A stretch of DNA of 64,000 bases from Eledone cirrhosa (GCA_964016885.1 OZ024749.1:22816001-22880000), one strand, 5' to 3'; counted from the first letter of the stretch, positions 1 to 14,160 are shown. Numbers and translations: made by a program. The notes: a model not told the origin generated them from the letters alone.

Positions 1-473
1 TTTTTCTATTACCTACTCTACTACCCTAAGTACAGAGTACTCTGGTGCGTTATGGTCCATTTGGTTCCTTTCCACACCTCCTTCGGTATATATATATATA
101 TATAGTATTCTTTCACCCTAGCAAACCTGGTCCTTTACAATTCGAACACATATATATTTATATTTGTGTTTATCTCTCTTGTATGTTCAATTACATTACA
201 CGGCTTAGAATAACTTCTTTTTTAGAGTTATTTGATTGTAAGACTATTTGGAGTTTCTAACTCAGTATATGATTGTCGGCTCCATCATGTTGAGGTAATT
301 TTAATGTCGTGTTAACCATGCTGCTATTTTTAGCGGCATAGGTTTTCGAGACAAGCTAGGCTCCTAAGACATGTGCGTTATTTCGTATCGCACACAATTC
401 AGTCTTCTAAAATGTTTAGAAGTGTAAGGATCGCTAGTATTTTTTCCCCCTAGCAAACCCGGCCCTTTACAAT

Positions 474-571
<98 letters not shown>

Positions 572-1046
572 AAGTATTTATTATTTGTACAGATTAAAGT
601 TTATATATATATATATATAATTACAAGATTGACATAAACAGGTAGCCAAGTTTCGTTGGGTTCAACCTATCATGACAAAAATAAAAACAAAGAGAGCCGC
701 TTAGGGCTGATTGTGCTTTACTTATAGGAATATAACATAAGAGTTTACGCATTGGCAGGTAATTAAAAAAAAACGTTTAGAAAAAGGTTGTTTTTTTATA
801 TTATAGAGTAAGGTTGAGGGAGGTAACTCTTGAGAGACCACAGTCAATTTTTAATGAAAATAGAAGCACAATAATTTCTTCTAGTTTACTCAAAAGATCC
901 AATTTCACTGTATTACAATATAGTCAGTAAATCAAAAGATACTTCTAGACCTGTTAGTCAGGCCTAAGCCATTTATTCAAAATATATTTCTTCATATGCA
1001 CTGAGCGTTTTTACTCTTGGATATTTCCACTTACCTTTTACTTCAG

Positions 1047-1217
<171 letters not shown>

Positions 1218-1229
1218 ATATATACATAT

Positions 1230-2400
1230 GTGTATAAAATCAAGGAAAAGCAAATACAGAAAAAAATTTAAAATGAATTTCAAAAAATTCACTGTACTTA
1301 CTATATTTGCCTTTACCGCGGTTTCAGTTCCTAAAACAAATTAGATGATCCAAGCGGATTTCCATTATTTACATGCAGGAACACATACTTTTATTATATA
1401 TATATATATAGTAATAATAATAAATTTGAAGACTAAAATCCAAAGAAGGCTCGATAATGATAAATAAATGTCAAATATATAAGAACGATAGAGCAAATAT
1501 TTAATATGTTGTTTTAATAAATATATATATATCGAAGAAAAACATATATAAAAAGATGAAAAGAGAAATAAATATGATATATGTAATGCCAATAGCCGAA
1601 GGGAAGTAGCTAAAGAATATTTTAATTATAACAAGCCATGGTTAAGTGACATTGATAGAGTAGATGTTAGGTGGTGTGTTGTGGGCCAAGATGTACAGTC
1701 TTCAATTAAGTAACCCATTATGAGCAGCAGTGATTTAGATACCCAGACTAATCTATAGGAAATAGCTATTAGAGGGTCTATTTTAGGGGTGAAGGGGGAG
1801 AAATTCTGGTTGATCATTTAAGATGGCTCTATGGAATCATAGACACTGTTAGAGAAACAGTAGGGAAGTATGTGTGGGAAATTGATTACTGTTTCGGCTC
1901 TACTGTTAATAATAGTAGGTGGGGAGCATAGTATGTAATATGCTTCCATCAGACACAAATTACATTTCTTCTTAAAGTTATAAGAGGCTGCTCTGTCTAT
2001 TATACTCCATTGGTTTGTGTAACTCGTGTTGGATTCTATTAATTGAGTAATATAGTTTGTGAGAGAAGATGAGAACATGAGTTTTCACTTTTAAAAGAAT
2101 GGAGGTGGGATCTAAATCTAGTTTTGAATTCATTAAAGTAGACCCCATTTAAGATTTAGTACTATTATCTGTAGTGACTGTGCAGCTATAGATCACATGA
2201 CCGACTAGGCAATGACCCTGAATTGGACAGTTGCTAGGGGTCCTACAATTACTGTTCATGTTTATACTATACTTTATGTGATCATATAAGCTATGGTCAT
2301 TCAAATCTAAGCCTGTGCTAGTAGGTATATTAAGCATGTTAGCGTTATAATCATAACCACAATGGTCACCATCATATCCGTTATTAACATGTTAACAGAA
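1230..2400 (-). mobile_element. Degenerate Penelope-like 3' fragment (GIY-YIG region + 3' UTR)
   Basis: Minus-strand pieces NCRTPSNCPIQGHCLVGHVIYSCTV and KKKCNLCLMEAYYIL...INSRAE match the PLE endonuclease C-terminus. A GAAA-CCGCGG-TA hammerhead half-motif lies at ~1314-1325. Boundaries approximate. Confidence 0.7.
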
Positions 2401-2648
2401 CATGAATCAATAATAGTAGTTTCAGATGTTAAAGTCCTTTAATGATAATGCTGTGATACATATTTCAATGACGACAGTGGTGACCCTCTTCGGTGTACCC
2501 ATTGCCGTAAATTCATCAGACAGCTTCCTACATAATAAGGTTATGTTCCCGAGGTAATCCAAATTGAATCGACAAGGGAACGGACAATACAAGTGCCCTT
2601 GGTTCCTTCGTCCGTGCTCGAATCGAATTGCAACAAAGTTAATCTTAA

Positions 2649-2697
<49 letters not shown>

Positions 2698-2985
2698 GAC
2701 AGTGTTAAAGCCCGATAGCTAAAAACGACCTCCCCCCTATTGGCCCTTACTCCTCCTTCCCACCCTACCCCACCCCTCTTCAACCTGAAATACGGCCACT
2801 ATGGTTATGTGAGTACCTCTTACCTATCTGAATTCTCTGCCTGTAGAGCTGTTTTTATGTGCCTGTGTATATGCGTATATTTATTGAGTACTTATTTATT
2901 TGTTAGTGTACATATTTGTGTGTATGTATGTATATGTATGTGCTTGTTTATGTATTGTATATATGAGTATGTGTGCATATATGTA

Positions 2986-3016
<31 letters not shown>

Positions 3017-3152
3017 TTATATGTGTATGTGTATTTATGTGTATATCTGTATGTGTGGGTATACGTGTATGTATGTGCATGTGTGTATATATATGTGTAT
3101 ATGTATACATATATATATATATGTATGTATGTGTATATATGTGTATGTGTGT

Positions 3153-3188
<36 letters not shown>

Positions 3189-3236
3189 ATACATATGTGT
3201 ATGTATATGTATGTGTGTATGTGTGTGTGTGTGTCT

Positions 3237-3278
<42 letters not shown>

Positions 3279-4345
3279 ATGCAGGTATGTATGTGTATGT
3301 ATGTATCTATATGTATGTGTATGTATGTATATGTGTATGTATATATATATATATATATATATTTGCGTATATATATATATATATATATATGTATATGTGT
3401 GTATATGTGTATGTGTATTCGTATGTATATATATATGTATATATATATATATTTAATACAATAACAGAGATTGTTTAAAGCTAAAATCTGACTGGTAACC
3501 ATCTCACTCAACAAACATTAGGTTATATTTAAATATAAGCCCAATTTAAGTGTTTGGGGTGCTAATAATATGTATAATCTGGAAAAACCAGTTGTATTAT
3601 TTTATGAGATATAATTAAAGTTAAAGTATATCTCTCTTTCCAAACAATTGTTTCATTATAAGTTTTCTACAAGTTGGGAGAATATTTCCAGTTTATGTAG
3701 AAGCCTAATATATATTCATGTAAGAATATATTTAGGTGGGCGTTTATAAATCATCAGTGGAAGTTCATTAAACTTTGATATAAGAAACAAATTCTTACCG
3801 CAGTCAAAAATCGTGTCTGTTAAGTTGCTCCTTCTCGCATCCAATGACCGCGAAATTTGAATTCTAGTATCATAGCGACACCAAGCGGGAAGGGGAGACA
3901 ACTACGATCCACGAAAGGAGGAAAAAAATAATATACACGCGGGTTAATTAGTTTTTTCGAAAACATTATCAATCCAACGTGTTAAGAACTCAATTCAAAA
4001 TTAAAAAAATAAATACATGCGTGTATAAATTACACACGCATATAGATATTTTCTTAGGCTAAAATCAGAAGTTGTACCCGAATAAGAACCGCATCTCATA
4101 ACCGCAGTAAATACAGAAAGTTATGCTTTAAAGGGCAAATGGGAATGTAAATATCCGGCCGAATTAAGAGTAAAATATAAAACACACGCGGGTTAATTAG
4201 TTATTTCAAAACTAATATCAATTCCTCGTATAAAGAACTCAATTAATTAAAGAAAATAAATGTATGCATGTAATTATATACATAGGCATATATATATTTT
4301 CTGCGGCTAAAAAACAGAGAAGTTACAACCCCAAAAAATATATGT

Positions 4346-4397
<52 letters not shown>

Positions 4398-4430
4398 ATA
4401 TATATATATATGTATATGTGTTTGTATATA

Positions 4431-4461
<31 letters not shown>

Positions 4462-4499
4462 GTATATGTGTATGTATATGTATATGTATGTATGTGTGT

Positions 4500-4535
<36 letters not shown>

Positions 4536-5544
4536 AAAAAGGGATGAAATCGAAAATGCAGCTGAAGTCTTATTTTTTTAAAAAATATATATATTTATTT
4601 GGTTCCTTTACCGGTTTCGCAGTTCTTCTGCTTTTAAAAAGGTGAGTTGAGATGGATGGTCTGTGGTTTTTCTCACATCTGGTTGGTCTCTAAATGTTAC
4701 TTGTTTTATATGGAAAAAGTGGCTCGAAAACCAGGTTTTTCGAGAAGTAATTTGATTGGTTTGTCAATAATTATAATAAATTTCGCGCCAGTTCGCGTTA
4801 CAATAGTTCTTCAAATAAGAGAGGGGGGGTTGTCACAGGTTGTTTTTTCATATATGAGTGTTTGAATTTCTTTTTACTTGAAAAAATGAGGCTCACGAAG
4901 GCTTTTTTTTGGTTGGTTATAAATAAAATTTGGCTGTCACGTGAACAAGTTTTCATTACATTTTTGCGCCCTTATTTGAAAAACTATTCTGTAGTCTTTA
5001 TAGTGAATGTTATGACAATGGAGAGATAGTGGTCAAGGGAAAAGGGATTGGGAGAAATGTTCTGGTTCAGTGAATATGGCCAGCTGTCAGAGTTCAGGTG
5101 TCAGAGTTCAGATTTTCTATTGAGACTGAAGATATGTGTTTATTTGTGTGCTTGTGTGTATATGTGTGTGTGTGTGTGTGTATGTGTGTATTGGAAGATG
5201 ATTCTATTAGTAGAGATGGGGGAGGGAGTTGTGTGTGTGTGTATATGGGTGTTATGTGTGTGTGTGCGAGTATGTTAGATAGAGAGAATATATATTTTGT
5301 GTGTGTGTATATATATATGTGTGTAGGAAAGTGGTTCTATTAGTAGACATGGGGAGGGTGTTGTAGGTGTGGGGGTTGTTATGTGTGTGTATGGGTGTTA
5401 TGTGTGTGGGAGTATGGTTAGCATGTTAAGATGAAGAGAATATATATATATATATATATTGTGTGTGTGTGTATGTGTGTGTGTGTATGTGTGTGTGTAG
5501 GAAAATGATTCCTTTAGTAGGAATATTTTTGAATATTTTTGAAT

Positions 5545-7787
5545 CGGCACAAACCGATTTTGAAAAACCGAAAATAATTAACATTTCAAATACAAACCTC
5601 TCAGCCCAACAAGTAAAAATTCTCTCCAAAGGTCTGAAATTCACACCAACACCACAATATCCTAACCCCAACGAGATAAATGACGATATCTCACACTTCT
5701 GTAGAAAATTACGTCTCACAGAGGAATTCTTTGACAAGGAGAATAACGACGAATAAAAGCAGCTACAACCCAACAAAAGGTAGAAACAGAGTTCTGGACA
5801 AATTTTGTGACCACATAGCTACCTTTCCATACCATGAACTACCGCAACCTAAACCCAAACCCAACACAAGTCGAAGGGAATGGGAGATTATCCATGAACT
5901 AAAAAACAATCCGGACATTGTAATTAAGGAAGCGGACAAGGGAAGTACTGTTGTCATTATGGAGGCTGAAAAATATAAAAATTCTATGTTCTCTCTCTTA
6001 CAAAATGCTAATTACTATGAAAGAGTAAAAAACTACCAGCAATCAAACATAATGACCAAATTAAACACACTGATTTATCGATACCAGGAAGACCTAACTA
6101 AAAAGGAACGCGATTATTTAACAAATTTTGAATACAAAACCAGCAACCTTTACGGACTTCCGAAGATCCACAAATGTAAAATAATCAACGATGCCTGTAA
6201 ACAATCCACCTCAGCCTGCGTGAACACACAATACCCCTCAGACCTTAAATTAAGACCAATTGTAGCGGGCCCACAATGTGAAACACACAGATTGAGCAAC
6301 TTTATAGACATACTACTGAAACCAATACTGAAACACATACCAAGCCTTGTAAGAGACGATCTGGACCTCTTAAACCACCTCCCCAAACATGTCAACAACG
6401 ACACTATTATTGTGTCTTTCGATGTAGTGAATCTCTACACAACGATCCCACACCAATACGGACTAGAAGCAATAGGATTCTGGCTAGAGAAATATCCCAA
6501 TGAGATACCTGACAGAATAGAAAAAAGCTTCATCACCGAGGGATTAAAATTCATCCTACAGAACAACTTTTTTGATTTCGATGGCAATACTTACAAGCAA
6601 ATATCGGGGACTGCGATGGGCACAAAAGCCGCTCCAACTTATGCCAACTTAGTCATGGCATACTTAGAAGTCCAGATATATGAACAGTCCAAATCAAAAT
6701 ACGGATTGAACTTCCACAAATATTTATCAGAGAATTGGAAACGCTACTTGGATGATTGCCTCATTCTTTGGTCTCACACACTCGACCAACTGAAGGATTT
6801 CAAAAACTTAATAAACGGCATCAATAACCACATCCAATTCACAATGGAATACAGCCAAGATTAACTCCCATTTCTGGATATCTTAATCACAAAAAAAGAC
6901 ACAAATATCGAAACAGACATACACTACAAACCAACAGATTCCAAACAATATCTGCTATTCACCCCCAACCATCCAAAGCACACGAAGACGAACATTCCTT
7001 TTAACCTAGCAAGAAGAATTTGCACAATTGTCTCCAATTATGAAACGCGAAATAAAAGACTTCAAGAATTAAAGGAAATTCTACTTGAGAGAGAGTACCC
7101 ACTATTACTAATAAATAATGGAATAGAAAGGGCTAAAGCAATAGGCATTGATGAATTACGGAAACAGAAACAAATTCAAGGTACGTCCAATATTCTATCA
7201 TATATCTCAACACACAACCCAAGAAATGTGGAAGCTTACAACACTATTCACTATAACATCCCACTACTAAAACAAAACCCAAGAATGAAAAAAGCCCTTG
7301 AAACACACAAAATAATCAAAAGCAAAAGACAACCAAAATCACTGAAAACATTACTCACCAATGCCAAATTACCTACCACAAACCCACAACCAAGTATCAA
7401 AAAATGTGGTCGCTCTAATTGTGGAACCTGCACTCACCTCATTGAAGGCAACACGTATACATTTAAATCAGGACAAAATTTTACTGTAAAAAATCACTTC
7501 ACTTGCTCATCAAAAAATCTAGTTTATACCATTAAATGTAAAGGATGCAATGAAGATTATATAGGACAAACTAAACTCACACTCAGAAACAGAATGACAG
7601 TTCATCGCCAACAATTACGAGATCCAACCACGAGACAGATACCACTAAGTGCCTATCAAGTAATAAGACACCCACATTCCAAGTCTTCCCATTTTACCTT
7701 TGCGCTAACAATACAACAGAACAAATGCGAATAAATAAGGAAAATATGTTTATTCAAAAATATAGACCAACATTAAATAAGGTTTAA
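5545..7787 (+). pseudogene. Penelope RT + GIY-YIG endonuclease ORF, 5'-truncated and disrupted
   Basis: Motifs NLS..L.KGLKF.P, EADKG, YGLPKIHK, LRPIV, SFDVVNLYT, GTAMGT, RYLDD, LPFLD, Cys-rich linker CGRSNCGTC, NLVY..C..C...YIGQT and terminal KE.MFI.KY.P.LN. Frameshift ~5750, in-frame TAA at 6862-6864, deletion/frameshift ~7655. Confidence 0.93.
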
Positions 7788-8814
7788 TATACATTATGTC
7801 AACACCACAATATGACATACACTCACACACATAACACCTTCTACTTTAGAAAATAAAAACCCGAACTAAATAAACCTTAAACATACGTTTGCACTGGCAA
7901 TACAACAGCAAACACGAAAAAGTCAGGAAAGTTCATTCAAAAATATTCCTACTAAAGGAATCATTTTCCTACACACACACATACACACACACACAATATA
8001 TATATATATATATATTCTCTTCATCTTAACATGCTAACCATACTCCCACACACATAACACCCATACACACACATAACAACCCCCACACCTACAACACCCT
8101 CCCCATTTCTACTAATAGAACCACTTTCCTACACACATATATATATACACACACACAAAATATATATTCTCTCTATCTAACATACTCGCACACACACACA
8201 TAATACCCATATACACACACACACACAACTCCCTCCCCCATCTCTACTAATAGAATCATCTTCCAATACACACATACACACACACACACACACATATACA
8301 CACAAGCACACAAATAAACACATATCTTCAGTCTCAATAGAAAATCTGAACTCTGACACCTGAACTCTGACAGCTGGCCATATTCACTGAACCAGAACAT
8401 TTCTCCCAATCCCTTTTCCCTTGACCACTATCTCTCCATTGTCATAACATTCACTATAAAGACTACAGAATAGTTTTTCAAATAAGGGCGCAAAAATGTA
8501 ATGAAAACTTGTTCACGTGACAGCCAAATTTTATTTATAACCAACCAAAAAAAAGCCTTCGTGAGCCTCATTTTTTCAAGTAAAAAGAAATTCAAACACT
8601 CATATATGAAAAAACAACCTGTGACAACCCCCCCTCTCTTATTTGAAGAACTATTGTAACGCGAACTGGCGCGAAATTTATTATAATTATTGACAAACCA
8701 ATCAAATTACTTCTCGAAAAACCTGGTTTTCGAGCCACTTTTTCCATATAAAACAAGTAACATTTAGAGACCAACCAGATGTGAGAAAAACCACAGACCC
8801 TCCATCTCAACTCA

Positions 8815-8852
8815 CCTTTTGAAAAGCAGAAGAACTGCGAAACCGGTAAAGG
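8815..8852 (+). ncRNA. Minimal hammerhead ribozyme, U3-A8 variant, in Penelope pLTR
   Basis: cctt-TTGAAAA-gcag(aagaa)ctgc-GAAA-ccgg-TA-aagg. The mirror copy at 4605-4642(-) has G5>T. Confidence 0.7.
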
Positions 8853-8983
8853 AACCAAATAAATATATATATTTAAAAAAAAAATAAGACTTCAGCTGCA
8901 TTTTCGATTTCATCCCTTTTTCTTTATACTTTCACTCGTGTAGGACACCTCGGTTATTTTTCATTTTGTAAAAAAAACCTCAC

Positions 8984-9089
<106 letters not shown>

Positions 9090-9090
9090 T

Positions 9091-9163
<73 letters not shown>

Positions 9164-9174
9164 ATGTGTACCTG

Positions 9175-9254
<80 letters not shown>

Positions 9255-9490
9255 TGCTACTGTACGTCTGTATACATATATGTATGTACGTATACATACA
9301 TACTTACATTTAAGTAAGTGCCGTATAAGAGTGAGAAATGAAATTTCGTTTTCATTTTATTTCAACTTATCGTTTTCGGTATGCCTGACCGACTTAACTC
9401 ACTCGTTATGCAAATTAGGCTGCTCAGCCGTTGATTTTCATAAGGAAAGTATATACTTTCGAACGTTCAACTATCTGGCAGAAGGGTATA

Positions 9491-9531
9491 CGGTGCTGAT
9501 GATAGCTAACAAGCTTGAAACTAGTACATCG
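9491..9531 (+). ncRNA. Minimal type-I hammerhead ribozyme
   Basis: cggtg-CTGATGA-t agct(aaca)agct t-GAAA-ctag-TA-catcg; palindromic stem III. Confidence 0.85.
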
Positions 9532-9749
9532 TTCCTGTGTCAGTGTTGAACAAAAAGATTACGTGGTTGCCTTAACAGCGTACGGCATAAATTCAGGCTG
9601 TTCAGTCTGTTTACAAACGAACAAAGCGGCGATATAATAAGCGTCCGCTAAACTGATACGTGCATATATGTATGTGTACCTGTATGTATATATATATATA
9701 TATATATTTCGTTTCTGAATTTATTGGCAACATGACCCTGCCAAATTAT

Positions 9750-9793
<44 letters not shown>

Positions 9794-10027
9794 TACTGTA
9801 CGTCTGTATACATATATGTATGTACGTATACATACATACTTACATTTAAGTAAGTGCCGTACTAAGAGTGAGAAATGAAATTTCGTTTTCATTTTATTTC
9901 AATTTATCGTTTTCGGTATGCCTGACCGACTTATCTCACTCGATATGCAAATTAGGCTGCTCAGCCGTTAATTTTCATAAGGAAAGTATATACTTTCGAA
10001 CGTTCAACTATCTGGCAGAAGGGTATA

Positions 10028-10068
10028 CGGTGCTGATGATAGCTAACAAGCTTGAAACTAGTACATCG
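10028..10068 (+). ncRNA. Minimal type-I hammerhead ribozyme (second unit)
   Basis: Identical to 9491-9531. Confidence 0.85.
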
Positions 10069-10219
10069 TTCCTGTGTCAGTGTTGAACAAAAAGGTGACG
10101 TGGTTGCCTTAACACCGTACGGCATAAATTCAGTCTGTTCAGTTTGTTTACAAACAAACAAAGCGGCGTTATAATAAGCGTCCGCTAAACTGATACGTGC
10201 ATATATGTATGTGTACCTC

Positions 10220-10319
<100 letters not shown>

Positions 10320-10431
10320 GGCTACTGTACGTCTGTATACATATATGTATGTACGTATACATACATACTTACATTTAAGTAAGTGCCGTACCAAGATTGA
10401 GAAATGAAATTTCGTTTTCATTTTATTTCAA

Positions 10432-10471
<40 letters not shown>

Positions 10472-10475
<4 letters not shown>

Positions 10476-11005
10476 CATAAGCAGAACATGTAAAATTCAA
10501 TCAATTCTTTAAAATACATTAAAACATATAATATAAATATTTACCTCTCCTAGTGGCCCCTACTGATCAGTTTCGCTTTGTAAAACCTCATAAATCCGAT
10601 GGATTTATGATGGAAAACCAGAGCTCATCAGAGAAGCATTTTCCCTTCCTAGGGCTAAACGTCCCAGGAACGACAAAATATATAACCTCCTGCCAGCAAA
10701 TAAAGGTCTGAAAGGTCGTAAAAGTGACCCGTATGTAAACTGGACCGAAGTAAAAGCGGGAAAATCAAAGACTTGCTGTCTACAATTACTACTAAAAAAA
10801 TAGCAGCTAAATAGAACAGCAGAATTGTTCTCAACAGACGGAGAAAGAGATTGAAGTTAATATGTCCAGGGATACTAGGTACCCCCAGAAATACATAGGT
10901 TGTCTATGATTCAAGGTTGTTCAATGGTATTAATTTGATACACCAGAACTTTAATATTAAGATAAGCAGAACAAGTAAAATTCAATCAATTTTTTAAAAT
11001 ACATT
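10472..11005 (-). mobile_element. Hammerhead-bearing element with ~48-bp terminal direct repeats
   Basis: ttaa..taagcagaaca.gtaaaattcaatcaatt.tttaaaatacatt at 10472-10520 and 10957-11005; internal minus-strand hammerhead. Confidence 0.7.
10557..10635 (-). ncRNA. Type-I hammerhead ribozyme with long stem II
   Basis: Reverse complement reads ttct-CTGATGA-gct...tcataaatcc/ggatttatga...agc-GAAA-ctgatcag-TA-gggg. Stem I relies on G-U pairs. Confidence 0.7.
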
Positions 11006-11038
11006 CTCAGTGAGAAAATATGTTCCGAATGTATTGCA

Positions 11039-11130
11039 TGTGTCCGAAGAACCTGCAGATCTAGAATCAGACAGATCCATACAATGATCGTGTCTCGAGC
11101 TATCTGCCGGCGAAACAATTGTAAAACACA
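11039..11130 (+). ncRNA. Hammerhead-like motif (U4>C), long stem II
   Basis: tgtgt-CCGAAGA-acctgcagat...atctgccggc-GAAA-caattg-TA-aaacaca. The GAGTGCT tail motif follows at 11202. Confidence 0.55.
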
Positions 11131-11267
11131 ATAAACTGAGTCTAGATGCATCATTGATTTTTCGTTTTATATTATATCACACTCTGCTCTGTAAGAATAT
11201 AGAGTGCTCAACTGGTATACCGCCTATGGAAGCATCATAGCTACCATTAAACACACATATATTTATA

Positions 11268-11995
11268 TCTGTATATATATAAATCTGAAAATTTCTGTAT
11301 GTATGTGTATATGTGCGTCGACATTTTTTAATGAGGGCTCGTATATTCTAAACCATTCATGCGATTTCTTTGAAATTTTTTACAGAGCTTCTCCTTGTAC
11401 AAAACCTGTACATGATCTACAAAGGCATTCAAAAATCGATATTGGGGCCTTTGGAGCCATTAAAAAATTTCGGTTATTTGTGTGAATTTTCGTGATTAAG
11501 TAAGACAAGAGTTATCTTTCGTAATCAAGAGTTATCTTTCGTAATTTGGCTCATTCGGATTTTAATTTACTCTTTCTACTTGAAACAAAGAGAATAAGAA
11601 TATCATTTCGTATATTTCACAACCAGCAATTTCTAACAGATTACTAAGTTAAGTTATAGATTTGACATTGTATAATTTATCGTTTCATGATCTCATAACT
11701 TTTACAATATTATGCTTAAATTTATCTAAAGGATGGTTTATACATCAAAGACTTAGAATTATTCTATTTTTTCGCATTGATTAGACTACGTTTCTGACAC
11801 ATAATTTAATTATTAACTTATATACCCTGTACATATCCAACGTTCTACCGCTACATGTACTTCAAATACATTTTAAAATTAATCTTTATTTTTACATTCG
11901 ATGTTGTTATATCGTGTTTCTTCTATGTATTAAAATTTACTTTGTTTAGTTTAATGAGCTACTTGAACCGTCCAAAGGACGGGTAGTTTAGCTAG
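11268..11995 (+). mobile_element. Non-autonomous Helitron
   Basis: A|TC start (TCTGTATATATATAAA...gtatgtatgt), subterminal hairpin ccgtcc-aaa-ggacgg (11968-11982), CTAG|T end, no TSD. Confidence 0.8.
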
Positions 11996-12065
11996 TATAT
12001 ATATACATATATACAAGCTAAACTACCCATCCTTTGGACGGTTCAAGTAGCTTTCGATGTATATA

Positions 12066-12338
12066 TATTGTTATACTGAAGAGATCACAGAGTGTGTGAC
12101 GAAAGGACTATGACTATATATAAACAACTATCTGATTGTGGAACCAACCAACCAACCAGAAATTTATAAGTTTGTAGATTTGTAAATTTATAAATTTATA
12201 AATATATAATAAATTGAAGTGAACGCAACTGGTGCGTGTGTTTCTTATTGGCAACATGACCCTCCCAAAGTATAACAATATCGGTTTCAACAGACGATTT
12301 CAGATAAAGAATCTTGCTAAACAAATTCAGAAACGAAA
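12066..12338 (+). mobile_element. Short hammerhead-bearing PLE-like element with 12-nt 5' inversion
   Basis: CTGAAGA-g.tcaca/tgtgac-GAAA-ggac-TA-tgac at 12076-12114. The 5' tattgttatact is the reverse complement of 12269-12280. Homolog at ~18590-18852. Confidence 0.7.
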
Positions 12339-12399
12339 TATATATATATATATATATATAGTTAAAAGAATAGAGGTGTAACACACAAGTTATTATATA

Positions 12400-13004
12400 T
12401 TGGTAAACGGAATAGAAAATGCTGACAAATTGTTCACAGTTGAAAAATGGTTTAATTAGGAATAAAAGAGTATTAGTGATTGTATGGGTTAGTATTCAGT
12501 TGTGGTTTTAAGTTTTTTAAGTTTTTACCGGTTGCGCATTTCTAAATGCTTTTCAAAAATAATTTTGAGATAGAGTGTCCGTGCTGTTTGCTCTGATCTG
12601 ATTAGTTTTGGGAATTCTACCTGTTTTTATGTTAAAAAAGTGGCTCCACCGTTATTTTTGTGTTGCAAAAATGCTTGTGGTCAAAACAATTTTGATTGGT
12701 CGGTAGAGGTCATGTGAATGTAAAAAGTTGATTTTGCGCCAAGACTGTTTTTATGTTAAAAAAGTGGCTCCAGCAAAAATCTTGGTCAAAACAATTTTGA
12801 TTGGTCGGTAGAGGTCATGTGGATAAAAAATTGTTTTTGCGCCAAGATTGAGAAATGACTCTTTCACAACAAATATGTGTGTGTGTGTGTGTATGTGTGC
12901 GTGTGTGTGTATATGTGTGTGTGTGTGTGTAGTAGTAGTAGTAGTAAGGTGTTCGATGCTGCGACAATGGCCAGCAGCGATGTGTGTCAAATGGCTATTA
13001 AGAT

Positions 13005-13061
<57 letters not shown>

Positions 13062-13380
13062 GCAGAGTAATTCGATGGTCAGTAAGAATGTGTCTGAAAA
13101 TACTGGTCCATCCACACACACACACATATATACACAAATACTGGTCCACACACACACACACACACACACATATATACACAAATACTGGTCCACCCACACA
13201 CACACACATATATACACAAACACATACACACGCGTACATCAACATACAAAGAGACTTATACACACACACACACACACGCACTTCACCGTATAAGACAAAA
13301 GCTGAAAAATATCTTTTGACATGCTAAAATACCCCCCATTGCTTTCAGACACATTCTTACTGACCATCGAATTACTCTGC

Positions 13381-13451
<71 letters not shown>

Positions 13452-13520
13452 ATCTTAATAGCCATTTGACACACATCGCTGCTGGCCATTGTCGCAGCAT
13501 CGAACACCTTACTACTACTA

Positions 13521-13578
<58 letters not shown>

Positions 13579-14047
13579 TTGTTGTGAAAGAGTCATTTCT
13601 CAATCTTGGTGCAAAACCAATTTTTTATCCACATGACCTCTACCGACCAATCAAAATTGTTTTGACCAAGAATTTTTGCTGGAGCCACTTTTTTAACATA
13701 AAAACAGTCTTGGCGCAAAATCAACTTTTTACATTCACATGACCTCTACCGACCAATCAAAATTGTTTTGACCACAAGCATTTTTGCAACACAAAAATAA
13801 CGCTGGAGCCACTTTTTTAACATAAAAACAGGTAGAATTCCCAAAACTAATCAGATCAGAGCAAACAGCACGGACACTCTATCTCAAAATTATTTTTGAA
13901 AAGCATTTAGAAATGCGCAACCGGTAAAAACTTAAAAACTTAAAACCACAACTGAATACTAACCCATACAATCACTAATACTCTTTTATTCCTAATTAAA
14001 CCATTTTTCAACTGTGAACAATTTGTCAGCATTTTCTATTCCGTTTA

Positions 14048-14052
<5 letters not shown>
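12400..14052. mobile_element. Large fold-back (700-bp inverted arms, ~245-bp loop) of Penelope-related pLTR
   Basis: 12400-13099 is the reverse complement of 13343-14052. Shares accaatcaaa and gagccactttt..cata.aa blocks with the pLTR at ~8697-8755. Both arms carry a TTGAAAA/GCAA/ccgg/TA hammerhead variant (12522-12558 -, 13893-13930 +). Confidence 0.8.
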
Positions 14053-14113
<61 letters not shown>

Positions 14114-14160
14114 TATATATATATAATATAAGATCAAAAGATGGTTAAAGGAGTTCCATG

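Noticed and set aside
2488-2525. Minus-strand CTGATGA next to a TAMGTP-coding snippet
   Set aside because: No hammerhead second strand; the snippet is too short to call an RT fragment.
12400-14052. Long inverted repeats as DNA-transposon TIRs/MITEs
   Set aside because: One-sided tails, ribozyme motifs and similarity to the RT-bearing pLTR fit Penelope-type retrotransposition better; no transposase is present.
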